This document shows positions 1 to 15,022 of a DNA stretch of 64,000 nt, one piece after another (positions within the stretch are counted from its first letter, which is position 1; the number at the start of each line of letters is the position of its first letter). The stretch lies in assembly GCA_964035545.1 (NCBI GenBank), contig OZ037765.1:17112995-17176994 (forward strand). Reading direction: 5' to 3'. A program made the translations under genes and the position numbers. This stretch comes from Bugula neritina (taxonomy: Eukaryota; Animalia; Bryozoa). A model generated the notes under the pieces. It saw only the letters and a program-made list of their open reading frames with translations. It was not told where the DNA came from and made no database searches.

Positions 1-1181
1 AATTAACAGCTACACAGGGCAAAGTGTGCCACCATACATGATCAGTAGTATATATAAAGACTTTATTCTACCTACTAAATAATCTATTCTTGTTGCTGGA
101 ACCAAATTATTAATTTATGTTTACACCTAGTAATATTTTCCAAAATGTTTTTCATCTCCACATGTCAATTATATTATTAATCTAACATAGATTTTTTCAT
201 AGTATGTAATTTGCAGAAGCATTAATGTGCACCTCCTCCCTTTTAATTTACACCACTTTGCTGGCCATACAAAGAATATTAGCAAAAAGGCAGCTGTAAA
301 TAGCTGCTGACATAAACAGCAGCAGATGCATGCCAGTCCTAGTGACATATATTGTTTATAAGTAAGTAGTAATGAGTTAAGAGTAAAAGGAGGCATTAGT
401 ACTCTAATGTCAACAAACAGCATAGATTAGGGATAATTATCTTCAAGTGTTATATCTCCTCTAACTCTACAGCAAACCCTCTAAACCAGGTATAGTGCAA
501 TAGCTATTTATATCTCTCACATCTATTTATAACATCTTGTTTTAATGTGCATGTAGTGAAGATTGCTAGATAACTACTCTTGTGTGAATTACTTTGTAGG
601 CTTTCGGAGGCGTCTAACCCTGAACACAGAGTTTCTCCAAGCCCTGAGGAGTTTTGCGCTGACAGAAACTCCAACAGGATGTCTGGCAGCAGTAAAATAT
701 CTAATAAAACACTTAGAGCATTTCCTGTGGCAACCAGAGAACCAATACTGGAGGTAGAGTCTATACTTATCAGTATAATGTTAATTTGTGGTTCAGACAT
801 GAGGTTGTGTTAACCTTATTAGAACCTTGTGTACATATATATCCACTTATTTATAATGTCAGAAGATAATTGGTATACCTCATACAAGATGTTACATACT
901 GAACCCTATCTTCTATAATACTCATCTCTTTCACATATTAATGCTCTAAATTTTGTTTGCAAGCCTATGTTATACATTTATATCACATGATTAGACCCTC
1001 ATGTGCCTTAGAAGTAAGACATTATTATGAAGTTATCTCTCCTGTATATACAATACTCTAAAGCATTTGAACTTCACACGTGGCTTCTATCCCAGTTTAT
1101 TTCCAAAATAATCACAAAAACAGCTAAATTATATGCAGTTAACATTCACTAAATATTAGATCACGCTTTTTATAAACCTAC

Positions 1182-1288
1182 CTTCTAACACAGTGATCAC
1201 CGCAGAGGTGTTTATTTTCCCTTTCAGATTTTCACCTGTGCATATATACATTCCACTGTCTGCTAATGTTGTGTTTGACACTTTCAAT
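1182..1288 (-). CDS. Ig domain exon, second half
   Basis: Acceptor attatag, donor gtaggt; encodes LKVSNTTLADSGMYICTGEN; phase 2 matches the previous exon. Confidence 0.9.
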
Positions 1289-4200
1289 CTATAATGAGAA
1301 AATCATAGCTATACAAGGATGGAAATGTGGGTTTTACATGGAAATTAGGTGGCATAGTTACTGTTCACTACCCTCAGATAAAGCTGGAAAATAAAGTGTT
1401 ATACTGCTTTTAATTTTAATATATAATTTCAAATTCACTTCTTTACTACTAAATACATGTTATTACGTTTGTAGTTGTATGCAGTCACAATTGTTTGATA
1501 TATGCAGATGCATGCTAGTGCCTCTAGAGTGGCGATGAGTGTGTTGATGGTAGACAAAAGATTTGCTGCTCAAAAACTTTAGTTTGTCAGACTAGCAAGT
1601 GTAGAAATGCTGCTGGTGGAAGCCAAGTTGATAAAATAAGAGTTGTTGGCGTAGCTTATCCAAAGCCTCTGGTACCCTGGTTTTTGTAAGATCAAAAATA
1701 AAAGGCCACAAAACATAGTAAACAGTTAATCCTAATCTTGCTTTGCCAGCAGTTCCTTAAGTAATTTATGTGCTTTTTCAGTTTACCAAAACAAAGCGCT
1801 GATAAAACATATTTTGTTTTATGTTTTCTTCAAAGCTAGAGTTGAGATTTAGTGCAGTGTAAAACATGAGATAATTTTTGGTAGTAGCAATTGTTGCAAA
1901 AAATGAACATGGAAAGTGAAACTAGCTGCCTTCAAGTAATTGCTTCTACGATATAATCTGAGCTCTGAGATGTTTCAGAGCACACATTAGCAGAGTGGAC
2001 TCTGTTGTGATGAAGATTTGCATATTACAATGTAAGTAGAAGCTGCGATGCTTGCACAGAGCCGATTATATATGCTCTAGTGTGCTTTTGCTGGTCACTT
2101 ATCTGTAAAACAAGCACTATAGACACTCTCAAGGATATTATTTACCTAATCAGCTGGTAATTTCACCACAACAATTTCTTATATCTATACTCAATTAAAA
2201 TTTTTAGATGATTATCTGCAGAAATGACCATTAGTTAATTGAAACTTGATGCAACAAAAAATAGAAGCTTCCGACTAAAAAAAATTGAACTACATGAAGA
2301 AATATAATTTCTGGATATTGCTGCGTAGAGTGTGAATGCCGTGTTTGTATAAGACTCTAATATGAGTAGTATTAGCCAGATTAAACTACAACAGCTTGAG
2401 TAAAGACAAATATCTTTGATTGTGTAAAGCTGCAGCTTTATTGCACATCACTGGACTTATTCTACTGTGTTGATGACATTTTCCCCACCAGCAATCACTA
2501 GTGTTTGTTTGATAAGGGCCGCAATAGTAAAATTGAGCTCTTCGGTTACTATGATTTTTCAAATAATGAATATCATGTAGTGAGACATCTCACAGCTTCA
2601 GTAGCTTAGAAAGAGGTGCTAATCTTGCTTTGTATGCCCTTACCACGGATTCCTGCGTTAGGACTTGCCGCCACAATATATAGGTCACAACTGTCCAGAT
2701 TTTAAGTTGTTTTTCACATAGAAATAACTTTTGCTAACCTCTGACCCCAAGGTATGTTCTTTATTGAGTACTTTCCCCTAATGTTGCTCAGCTTTACGCC
2801 ATCTTTATACCACTCATAGTGTGGCGTTGGGTGACCAGTGATTTCACAGTTCAACGAAAACTTTGCCCTTTCCGGTACAGTTTGTGAGAGCAGTTCTTCA
2901 CCCAAGGATATTCTAACTGCAAAATAATTGTGAGAAACTATAGCGTAACAAAACTATACACTTTTATGTATAATATAGAACTTTTATGGCATTTTGAAAT
3001 GAATATTGTAACTTTTTTGGCGGGATGAAAGCGAATTTTGAATTAGGTCTAACTTCAAGAATAACAAGGTAAAAAGCTAACAAAATGAATTGTAATTGCC
3101 TAGTGTTGAGAGTATGTCTAGGCATTCTAGTGAGTTTAGATCACCAGACACATAGACATATAAAGAGTCGTCTAGATTTACATCACAGATATATTCTGTG
3201 AACGTCTATCTAAAATACAATCTTTGAATACATCGAAGTGCAATTATAAACTTGCTAAACTTTCTTGGATCATATTGTTGGTAGTTTAAGCCAGACTAAA
3301 CTCTAAAATTCCAATTATTGTTGTGAGGTATTTTTAGGCTGATGAATTGTTCAAGAATACTGTCTTTTATTATTTTTATGATTTATGAAGCAGTGAAAGC
3401 AAATATTGTTGGTTGAAAAGTTGCTAATTTAGTTGATCAATTCAGTAAAGAACAACAAATTCAAAGCAAAATGTGCAGTAAGCAGTTTTATACTTTGTAC
3501 CAGTCTGCATTTTATACTAACATTTAAAGTTTTTTCAATAAGATACCTAGAAAATGGCGTCACAATTGCACTGGTTATATTGAAAAAATGTTCAGTTGCC
3601 ATCAATTATTTATTTTCATAATTAGATTTATGCTTCACCTTGAACAAACATTATATATATTCTACCACTGCCCGCATACTAGTAACAGAAGATAACATAT
3701 ATCTGATACACATTGGTGCTTTTCTCCTGAGTCACTTTGTAAACATGAACACAAAAACTTTTCTAATTTTACATTGACTTGTGATATTTACTCTCCCGAG
3801 TCAGCCTAAGAGAGGATGATGTGGTGCCAAGGGAGTTGACATTTATTAAAGAGAAATGAAAGGCAATTGTTGACAGTTATAGGATTGAATAAGCAAATGT
3901 TGGTAAGATGAACCTGCATATACAGTGTATTGTGGACAAAAACAAAGCCACACTGCTCAGTCAACTAAAGTGTAGACAATAAAACAACAGACGGAAATTG
4001 AGATACTTTCACAGTGATCATGGATTGAGAATTGATTCATGTTCTTTAATTCTTGTTACTTATTTAATTGTCAGCAAGATCAAAAACTTTTTCTCAAAAA
4101 ATTCTTATAATGAAAACTATTATAAACTGAAATCAAATTATGAACATGGTACAACCTAATCAAAGATGTAGATACAACATACTATGTACTTACAAGGCAT

Positions 4201-7200
4201 TGCAGTAGGGCTTGGTACTGGGATAGTGAGATCGTTCACTCTTTAAAAGATAGAAATAAACACGGCATGTATAATAAGAACAATAATGTATACTTAAATA
4301 TAGAAGAGAATATTTTATGGTTAATGTTTAGTTGGTGATTAAAAATTGCAATCTTTCAAGGGTCTAAAAATGGCAGTTTTAAATTTGTGATTCATTTGTG
4401 AGATAGAAAAAATGATTTCTTGCTGTCTATTTTATTCTCATGCTTTGATGGTTTACTCTATAACAAACATTTAAATAAACTGTGGTATTGAAACTACTAT
4501 AACTATGCTAGTGGCATCAAATATATCCACAATGATGTACTATACCTAGTTGATGTTTTATTGCTAAATTAAATATTTCTACCGTAGTGAAACCAGTGAA
4601 ATGGGCTTGAACTATAGAACTTTATTAATTTACAGCTAAGAAAGAATAAGTTTATACTTGATTATAACTGGTAGCAGCAAATTAATGAGATATAGTCACT
4701 AAAACTCTAAAACAAATATGGATGGTTTAGTAATTAATAGCCCATTACTCACCCAGAGCTTTGAGCACTTGTGGTTACTACAGATGTAGTTTCTTCAGAA
4801 CTTGCATGCTGCACCAATATCTCACCTAAGCATTAAAATAGAAATGTTTGCAACAAAATATATTATAATTTTTTCAATGAATCCAATAAATTAGAGTATC
4901 ACATTGAAAAAAGTCAGTGTTTATAATTATATGACAGTTTATTTTCATACCTATAACTTTTAATTTCTGTTTATTTATTATAATTCATTAATTTATTTAT
5001 GAGTTTATAAATTTAAGTTTTAAGGTTATTTTAAACTTTAAAGAAACTTTTCAATTATAATCCAGTAATATGAAATAAATGTTTGGTATTTAATAAAACA
5101 TGAAATAAAATTTAATCAAAAGAATGTGCTGATGAAATCTTTCATCCAGTGATGGTGACTATTACAGAGGACTCATGAAACTGTTACTTCACACGATATG
5201 AGAACGTTACAGTACCTGCGCTGTCAGTCAAAGTTATGAATGTGTGTGGAGGTAGGTGCAGTAAAAGAGAAATTGAGAAAAGCCTGTGTTCTAGAATAAA
5301 GATGTAGTACAAGAAGTTATGTCCTCGCAAGAATTTCAACCTAGTCCCAAACCAAAATGTAATAATAAAATTAAAGAACTTAGGCTATTTCAGTTTCTCC
5401 ACTACTGCTCTTAAATGTGCGTGTGGTCTAGTGGTACATTACAAGCTTATATTCTATTCTAATATTCAATTATTATTTCTCACTAACTACATTCACAAAC
5501 TCATAAATCTTCAACTAGAGCTGTACCACCTTCACCATGGACCTTTAGCAGCATGAAATATTTTCAGTAATATGCGTCAATGGGTACAAACCTGACTATA
5601 ATTGCTGTAAACTAGTACAACTTCACTATAAGATGTAGTATTGAGAGATGTGGTGCTGTTTGCACCCAGTTATAATGTATAATTGATGACAATAATATTT
5701 TTTATTATAATTATATAATTGAGATCTATTAAATTTTATTAGTAGTTGTCTTTCCATGAACTAGAAACTTAATAGTCGAAAGTCTACTATAGTTCATATT
5801 TCCCAAAAAAAGAACTTCTATCTGTATTCAACTTTGAGACATTTCTTTATAGTTGCACCTCAGTGAAATAATTATTGTAGCAAAAGCTTTCTTTCTAATA
5901 TGCAGTTTATCGGGTCAACTAAATCTTTACTTGGTGTCCTTTAAAAAGATAAATTCAAGTGTAGATTATTAGAAATAACATGAATAGCAACTAAAGATAT
6001 GGCAGTTAGAGCTTAATGCTAATGATTGAATCCTGTAATTTGAAATATAAAACATTTCATAAGTAAGTAATTTATATAGTCAGTAATAGTGAATTATTAA
6101 AACCGAATAGGACTATCCATTCTTGTTGACAGTAGTTCTGCCATGAAACTGATACAGTAGAGATAATAGAAAACTTGTTGAAATCTTTGGCCAGCCAAAG
6201 TAATTCTTTGACTAAAAATAGTGAAGCTTTGAAGTAAAGGTATGGACAAATTTAAAGTTGGCTACATCGGAATAGATGTCACCTACCAGTCGAATAATCA
6301 ACTAAATTGTATCTTGTAACAATAATGGTCAAATTTAAGAGTGAAATTATGCCACTAATCTAGATGTACGAGTAGAATCTTGATAATATTGTAGTGACAA
6401 TGAATGCCATGTTTTAAATAATATTATCATGATAGTGCTATATTCCTAAGTTGGCACACTTGCTTACACTGTTTATATCAAATACTTACTACTTAGTAGT
6501 AAGTATTTGATATGGTATTCAACTGGAATAATATTATTTTGACAACTAACAGCATACCTAGGAGATACTACCTTCACCATGGTTATAATGCATTTTCAAG
6601 GGAACCCATCAGACTACCAACATCTGGATATAATATAATTAATTACTAGATGATTTTGTAGGCTTAAACAGTTTCTAATTGTAGGTACTGCAGGGCAATT
6701 AAGCAAGCAGCTATTGTATGTAGATAAGGTCATCATTCACAACTTGGTGAAATGAATGAGATGGCACTTTCTACATTGCATAGTCTGCTTATACATTACT
6801 TGCATGCCATGTTGATTGGGTATTCAGAGAATGACGGATGCTTTGCACGAACAAAGTCAGCTTGCTGTCTAAATAAACTCTAAATTGCTATACTTCACAA
6901 TCTAAAAGTGTATTTGAAATACACATTTAATGTTAGGCTTCAGTAAAAACACAGGGCTTAGTTTTGTTGTAAACATTTTAAGGCTTATGTAATATAGTAC
7001 TAGTAGGCCTACATAACTTCCAACAGTTTTAAGGTTTCATACTGTGTACCAATTGTTCGAAAACTTCTAAACCCTACAAACCATACCTACCATAGTCTCC
7101 TCGTTTAACTCTTCGTGATAATTTTGAAAGTAAATACTTTTTCAATGATGGTTTTTAGAAAGGTGAAGAGTAGATGCATCTTAGCCATATTGACAACTAT

Positions 7201-10200
7201 TTGAATTCAATATGGTGAGTTGAAAGTCATGTTTTAGTAGAAAGCAACCATTGATGAAAGGACTTGGCACTCATTTTCAAAAGGATAATATTATGTTTCA
7301 TCAACTTGTTATTTAAAATATCAAATGATTTTGTTCAACCACAAATCACCAAACCTCTTCAAAAACAGTTTAACTTTCTTGACCAGAGCTCTTTGAGCAG
7401 CTGAAGGTGGTAAAAAGTTGAGCAGCTTTTCTTGTGTGGTCAGTGGTAAGAGGTTCAGCGGGTCAGCTCTTCTCATTAGAAACAATTTCAGAGAAACATG
7501 ACACTAATTAGGTACAGGCATCTTCTAGGTGTTGAAAGTAAATCTTTGAACTTTATATTTCAACTTACAGTATTTAATGAGCTTACACTACTGAATATAG
7601 TACGTTACTTCGAATTATATGCCCAAGTTACATGGTAAGATGATTTGGAGTTAATTCTGGATTTAAAGCATAACAATGGAATGGGTTTCAAACTTTATAC
7701 TGGCCCTAAATCTATGCTTATTGAAAAATACTTTTGTTAAAACAATCTTAATCAGGATGCAATTTTAGACTCTGTGTAACTAGTGAAGATAGTGAGACAG
7801 AAAATGTGTGAAGTTGTGGTAGAAGCTTATCTGAAAGGAAGATAAGTATACGTACAGAGCATGCCACACTGAGATAAGAAGACACTAGATAGTGTCAGCT
7901 GGGTGTACATCTAGGCAACATCAGCATTCCCATATCATAGTATGTATTATATACAGATGAAGCCATAGTACATAACTTCATTTACCTTAATTTATAAATT
8001 TATAAAGTTGCAGCCTAAAATAACTATTAAGTTGCTATTTATGGATCTACAGAGTTGCAGTAATTTGTTTTGGTTTTCCCACTGACTTTGTATACTTTGA
8101 ACATGTGTTTAGCTAAGCCTGCGGAGAGTCTGAGGGGGGGGGGGGATAGCGGCCAGTATGCTGAGTCATTTATTAGTGTAATTTTCTTACATCAATTATA
8201 TGTTATTCCATTTTATGAAACATGTGATACTGTCACATCTACTGGAGGTCAAATGTACACCAGATAATAGGAAATAGTACTGTGCCCCTTTGCCCACCAG
8301 GACCCATCATTTATATTTTATTAGAATGAATTACAATATCTGTAAAGATATTATGGAAGCTTATCTAATAACCACAGACCCAAGCTTGTGGGGTCAGCAG
8401 CTCAAGCTTTTAGCTAAAAACAGCCGAGTTGTTTTCAACCGGAGACTGCATTACATAATATAATATAGAATGTCAATTTATGAACAACCTAATGGGTACC
8501 TTATGGTAGACTATAGCTTGCTAATTCGTGTCACTCAGAAATTCATTTTAAAATAATTTATCAGTGATAGAGGCTACACTTTAGTAAGAAAGGGGCATCA
8601 TGGAAACCAGTGGAATAGACAATAGGAAAAGTGAAAGCAGAGAAAGAAACAGAAATACAACAAAAGACTAATCAAGCAGACAGGCGTGGAAAATAGAGCC
8701 TTGCAAAGAGAAACAATTATGGTTCTTGTAGCAGTTATTGTTAGTATAGATTAACGTGCTGATTGAAAAGCTACATACTTTAGTTATCTAGTGTATCTAA
8801 TGATAGAATGACATTTCATGAGTAAAATGATCAAGTGACAATGCATTCAAACCTGTTGAGTATCTCTCACCTTTCTACACTTTCACCACTCATGTTTCTG
8901 TCTGCTGTACATTTGATAATTATAGCTTGCATAATATTAAGCATCACAACTCTACCAACTATGCCAACAGAAAAAACTGACAATGCTGTCACCAGAGTGG
9001 TTAGTAAATCAACACATGTCATCATAATCTGAGCTGCTGTCATTAGAATTCCTGTGTTTAATTGACTGAGTCTGTCAAGACCTTTCAGAGTTAATTGACT
9101 GACTCATGAATCACTGTTTGTGAGTTTTCTAGATGTTAAAGTTTATTCAATGTGGCAGAAAGCGCTTGCATCTTCTCACTTTACCAAATTACATGATTTG
9201 AAAATTATTTGCAACAATGTTAGTGCAAATCAGTTGTCAAAGTACCCTATAAATTACGTAAAAACTAAATATATAAATGTAAAATAGAATGGAAAAATGC
9301 CACCAATGCTTAAGACTGAAGATCTCTATTCAAAAAGTGGCTTAGATTACAAATTTTAGGCACTCTAACTCACTAGCGATGCTCTACAAATCCTGCCTCA
9401 AAACTAATGCTAATTCTTCATTTACTCCGACCTACCCAAATACAACTTGCTAATGCAATGTCTTTATTTTTGTTTAGCTGTTTATTTGCTCAACTTAGAT
9501 ATTCTATAGAAGGCCGATAACTATGAATGGCGCAAAACAAGCAACAGCTGAAAAAAGTTAGACATGTAGTAAGTAGCAGATTGAATGGCTATAATGACAC
9601 TTGCATCTCCTTCATTGTATATACATGGAGACTGAATGCAAGTCAACTCGTTCACAGTTGGGCTAATCAATAGGCCACTCAGGTAATGCTCAACACTTGA
9701 CAAAAGGGAGTCAAAAACTCAGCAAAATGTCAATTTTCTGTTAAAACAAAACACACAAAAGATATATCAAGTTATCTGGCTATTTTCACACACTTGACAA
9801 ATAAAGATGCAGCAGTGAAATCACACAGCTGTAAGATTACTATACTGTGCAAGCAGGCCTACATTTTACACAGTATAGGAACATTACAACATGTTGATGG
9901 TTCTATTACCAACTACAACCTCACAAACCTTGCTAATTTATTTTGTTAAAATGATTAATTTGTTAGATTTACTGTTACTCAATACCCCAGTTAAAGTACG
10001 ACTACTTGGAGTAGTCCACCAACTTGAAGGTTTTGTGGCTAAATTTTGTTTTTGGTCTTATGATTAAGCCCATCCTTGGATTTTATAGCTTTATTATATG
10101 CATTGCCCTAGCAGTAATGAAATTTTATCTTCACCTGTGGCCAGTCAGGTTTACACTTCTATTCTTCATCCAGAAACCAGCTGCCAATGGCTAGCAGTGG

Positions 10201-12727
10201 CAGTTGAAGTGCCTGAGGTTATCAGGTGGTGATTATTATTAATTTATGAATAAGGCTCTGTGTTAGTATATAGCAGCGCCCTAACGATGCTAATTACAGT
10301 CTGTAAGACAAATATAACTGCTTGTCATCCCATGGCTTGGGTAGAAAATTTACTGGATAAGTATTCTCAGTATGAATGAAATTTATTATAATTATGATGT
10401 TGACACTTGCTCTCTTACATAACAAGCTTTTATATATGCATACAACATAGTAACTTTTAATTATTATGAAATATTATCTAACAGTTGTAGGAAAACAAAT
10501 TCAAATAGTTTTCTAAGTATACACATTTAATTATATTTTACTGCATTAATACCAAAGCTGTGACCACAATGCTACAAGTATATTTGAATGTTAGGCTATG
10601 CCCCCCCCCCCCCCCCAGAAAACAGGTCTTAGGGGTTTAATACTCATTTCCAGAAGCAAATCTTGAAAATGGAATTCTTGTACATTTATTCAAAACTCAG
10701 CTTTAAAATCTGTAAGCCTAGATAAGAGTATTGATATTTGAAACACTTGATACAAACTTGACATAAATATTACATATAGTAAGAAATTAATTCAACAAAT
10801 TATACAGCTAGAGCTGTTTCATGACTGCTATTTAACCAATAGATGAAATAATTTGTACAATAAAAGGATTTACTAGTATTTCCAATCTTTCTGGTATGAA
10901 ATATCTACAGTAGGTATAATACAACTAAATTCAAGACTTCACAAATTGAATGCAGCGCAAGGGCAGTGAAATTATTTTGTAGGCAGCAATTGAAGAAAGT
11001 CAGCTCATCATATGCTTCAGGTCTACCAGTTATTTGTGTCAGTCACAAACAGTTTACATTTCATTGAAATATAGCAACTTATAGTAACTTAACAGATAAT
11101 TTTCTAGTCTTTCCAAAGACACAGACAGCTGGAAGTTCAGATTCATGTTAGTTGAACTGAACACGATGTGTCACTAATTAGTTTTTTAGGGGAAACTTTT
11201 AACCATTCTTGATAGGAGAAACAATCAAAATCCAGAAATAACAGTGATATCAGTTGTGGTAATGACCATAATAACAATTGAAAGCTAAAAATAGCTCTTG
11301 CATTATGTCTGACAACTAACAAAAATGTAAATAATAGTTGAGTTGTGACCATGGGAAGGGTGTCTGGGTAATGCAAATGGTTTACTAACTTCCCACATGA
11401 CAGACTATTAAAATTGACATCATATGGTTGCTGACAAGGATATGACAGCTAGCACCAAGTTGTTTGTCAGCAAAATTTTGGTGTCTTTTCCCATCGTGCT
11501 GACAGTTAATATAATTGGTACTTGATTTTTCAAAATATACGAGCTAGGAAGAGAAGAGAGTTGCGAGATTGAAGTCAATCAGCTTTCCACTTTTAGAAAA
11601 GCTTTATTTTTAAAAAAGCTATTTTTTACAATTACTGGAAACCCTAATTGGGTAAATCTGACACGTAACTGTAGAACAAATATGCATTTGCCTTTGCTAG
11701 GGTGCGGTGGCAGTTATTCTGGCAATGATTGCCCACATCTGTTATGCATTAGTTCATCTTACTACCCCACAACACAGCATCAACAGCTCCGGTGTCAGAT
11801 AAATACTATTATATTGAATCTGTGTTTTTGTAAAATGTCACATTCATTAGTGTAAGTGAAAACATTTCACTATTGTATACATATCAGATGCTAGTTATAT
11901 GCCAATAGTTCTTTTACTTCTACTAACTACTACACTCCTAGATAGCCCATACAACAATCCTTTTACTGTGTGAATCAACTAACATATACAAATACCTGCA
12001 ACAATTACATATTCGAACAATAAACTGTTTAAGAATTAATGGTTACACTTATAGTCAATTTAAATAGTGTCTAGCATGTCCACACACAATAGGTAAAACC
12101 ATAAACCACTTGTCAAGGAGAAGCTAGCTAGCAATCCTGCACTAACTATATTATGCAGTAAGCAAGCCTATTATATCTATATAGGCCCTGATTTATAAGC
12201 TGCTGATATATTTTATGACTGCTTTATGCATGAATATTATTCTAATAGTAGAACATATAACATGACAGCAACTCTACTATGGGCTATAATATGGCTGGTT
12301 TCTTTAATTAGAAGAGGAATACATCATTTGCAGTGGTAATGAGCTTTCAAGTGTTTTTTCTAAGTGGCTGAAATTGAGATACTGAGATATTGAGTTGCTA
12401 ATTAATAACTGAGAAATACAATAGAGTAACTGGCCTAACTGCTGCTGCATTGGCAGCAACTCTTCCAGGTAAAGACAGGACAACAATTATCTAGGTGTCA
12501 GGCACTGATTCTATCGGAAAATGACTAAACAACTCTGTATATCTTAATAGAATGTAGTATCATGTCATCAAGTATTTAAAAGTGGTGTAAATGAGATGAA
12601 ATTAAGTGTCAGTGACTACAAGTAGGTTAGTAGGTATAAATACATATTTTCAATCTACAATAAAAGGTAACTACTCACCCAATAGCCAAATAATGTAGCA
12701 GCGCCTGAAAAAGTTTCTGCAATCCAT
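1182..12727 (-). CDS. Secreted/cell-surface Ig (I-set) domain protein, 5' part; possibly neuregulin/vein-like; 3' end not identified
   Basis: Phase-compatible GT-AG exons 12679-12727, 4753-4825, 4194-4240, 2739-2916 and 1182-1288 give MDCRNFFRRCYIIWLLGEILVQHASS-EETTSVVTTSAQSSGVNDLTIPVPSPTAMPFRISLGEELLSQTVPERAKFSLNCEITGHPTPHYEWYKDGVKLSNIRGKYSIKNIPWGQRLKVSNTTLADSGMYICTGENLKGKINTSAVITVLE. This has a signal-like N-terminus, an S/T/P linker and the Ig motifs C..G.P.P...WYKDG and DSG.Y.C. The first exon is the least certain. No EGF exon was found, so the family call is tentative. Confidence 0.7.
2739..2916 (-). CDS. Ig domain exon, first half
   Basis: Acceptor ttttgcag, donor gttagc; encodes LNCEITGHPTPHYEWYKDG. 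Confidence 0.9.
6475..6513. repeat. Perfect palindrome, 19-bp arms with a 1-nt spacer
   Basis: ATATCAAATACTTACTACT-T-AGTAGTAAGTATTTGATAT. Confidence 0.9.
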
Positions 12728-15012
12728 AGTTAGTCTGCTATTGATAACTTCCAGTGTTGCTGAAAATATTATAACAATGAGATGTAGGTTTAGTAGAATG
12801 ACTGTTGTTACAATCTCAAGTGATATCTTGTATTCACAAGACATGTTCACTATGTACACTCAATATATTGTCACCTATTTTACATACTGTCTATATTAAT
12901 GCATATACAATTATTTCAATCAAAACATTATAATATGAAAGTACATAAATATTTAAAATATATAAAATTAATTCTCTACAATTTCTTAATTTCTGGTCAT
13001 TTTTTCAAGTTTCAGTAATGAAAGTGTCAAAAAGGTTGGATGAGTTTTAACTTGATAATGGGAGATTCTTATCACTCTACTCATACGCTGTATATCTCCT
13101 GTGGTTTAACCTTATCATCAACAATGCTATATACATAATACTAGATCTGTCCATGCATGTTTACTGCTGCTAAACCAACATTATCATATTATTTGTATGA
13201 ATAATTGAAAGCAGTCAACTCTCAGGAAATTCTTCAAAATCACTCAAAAATTACAGCTAAATTACAGATGCTACAGGAAGACTGCAATGTGTAACAGTTA
13301 ACCTGATAATTTCACCTCTAACACTTCCTCTAACTACCAATTTACATTACAGCACAACAAATTGCATTACTAGTCATCTCTTTGTTGCATATGAAGCCAA
13401 GGAGAAAAGTGCAAAAGTAACCACATAAGAAAGGATATGCTTTTTTACTCCTTTTATTTGAGAGGTTATACAAAGCAATATCTTATATTATGTCTGTTTC
13501 ATAGTCAATTTACTGCCATACCAGAATTTATGAATACCTTGCAGAATTTACGGCTATATGAGAACTACTCAGGCTGCAGGTAACAGTATGCTACATAAAG
13601 TACATGTAGTTAGTATTTCCACAAAATGCTCAAAGGTTATGCACTCTTGCATATTATTTCAGTTACTATTGATGTATAAAAGCTGAACAGAATAAGGTAG
13701 CATTTATCGTGGCTATGATTTAGTTCACAGGTGTGGCCAGTCTGCCTAAATTAGACTAATATATCTGATTAAGAAAGTCTGAACTAGCTAAGGCTGTCTA
13801 ATGCCAGGCCTACTTACTTATGCCATGTTTCAACATGGCATTGATAAAGGCAAAGCATTCTTCTCCCCTTCATTTAGTAAGCAGTAGTTATTCATGTATT
13901 TGAACCCTACTATAACATGTGGGGATGAGAGCTTTTTGCAGAATTGTCTCTTGAGCAGTCTTGAACCATTCAGTTATTAATTCCACTAAAGTTTTACTTG
14001 TTATAATGAACTGTATTCCAAATACATATTTATAATAATATGTTACTGAGAAAGCAATAAATAAACCTACTACAAGGACAAAACACAGTATCCACCATTT
14101 TATCAAACAGAAAATTTACAAAACTATTTGGACTGGTGATATTGACTTTTAAGCTCTAAGAAAGGTTCATGAGTTTGATGGCCTGTAACCAACAGTTTCA
14201 TTAGTAAAAGCTGGATATTATATCAGCTAAATTTTGTTACTCAGCGTTAATGAGTACTTTTTTATACCTGCTCAGAGGCGGTATTATGATGGGTTTGCAA
14301 GACAAAAAGTCTTACATTTGCTTTGCATTTAAACTGTATGCAACAACATTTATATCCATTAAGTTGCTAAGTTGAAAGAAACAATAGCGATAAATTGAAA
14401 ATTATAGATGAAACATCAAAATAATTTTGCTATTCTCATCCTTGATAAAGTTAATATTTCAGCTGCTCAATACTAAAGTAAATACTACACAGAGCTAAAT
14501 ACAGCTCAATGTGACTGTAATTAAACAGTCTGATAGCTCATAACATTAACAATAACATTCATTTTAAATATTAATAAGATCCAAGAAGTAGAAAATAATT
14601 GTGCTCAACAGTTATTTGCTGATACTTTACAAACATTTTACCTTAACAAATCTGGAATGCTTCAACGTCAACTTGTAGCTTCTAGTTTTACTTGAACTGT
14701 CTAGTTGTGGGTAAAGTCCATTATGAAATTGAATATAGTTATTGCGGGCAACTCACTGTATGACTAGCAATAGAAGATATTCCAAATAAAGAGTGATGCG
14801 CAGACTGTCTCAGGTATTTGGAGCTCCAAGGCATCACCTGTACACTAGATGTCTTTAGCTTCTCTTCTGACAACAATCAGGAACTGCTAAACAATCCAGC
14901 ATCTCGTCTGGCAAGTTTACTATAGACTTTTAAATGTGCCTCAAATTTGCTCTTATGGACTGATATATCCAATAATAGTGCTAATGTGACTACACCACGA
15001 TATCCGCTCTTT

Positions 15013-15022
15013 CTGATTGGCT
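15013..15022 (-). promoter_or_regulatory. Candidate NF-Y CCAAT box for the Ig gene promoter
   Basis: AGCCAATCAG on the minus strand among several CpGs, about 2.3 kb upstream of the ATG exon. That exon has a splice acceptor at 12760, which implies an upstream non-coding exon. Confidence 0.3.

Noticed and set aside
504-800. 98-aa minus-strand ORF in phase with the Ig gene (DSTSSIGSLVATG...)
   Set aside because: Weak acceptor, no clear donor and no recognisable domain, so it cannot be supported as the next exon.
1720-2260. Possible decayed non-autonomous DNA element (similar impression at about 7050-7500)
   Set aside because: No TIR, TSD or coding remnant could be demonstrated by eye.
8868-9051. 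Hydrophobic minus-strand frame (ILMTAAQIMMTCVDLL...) as an Ig gene exon
   Set aside because: No convincing donor in a compatible phase; joining 12679 directly to 4825 gives a cleaner signal peptide.
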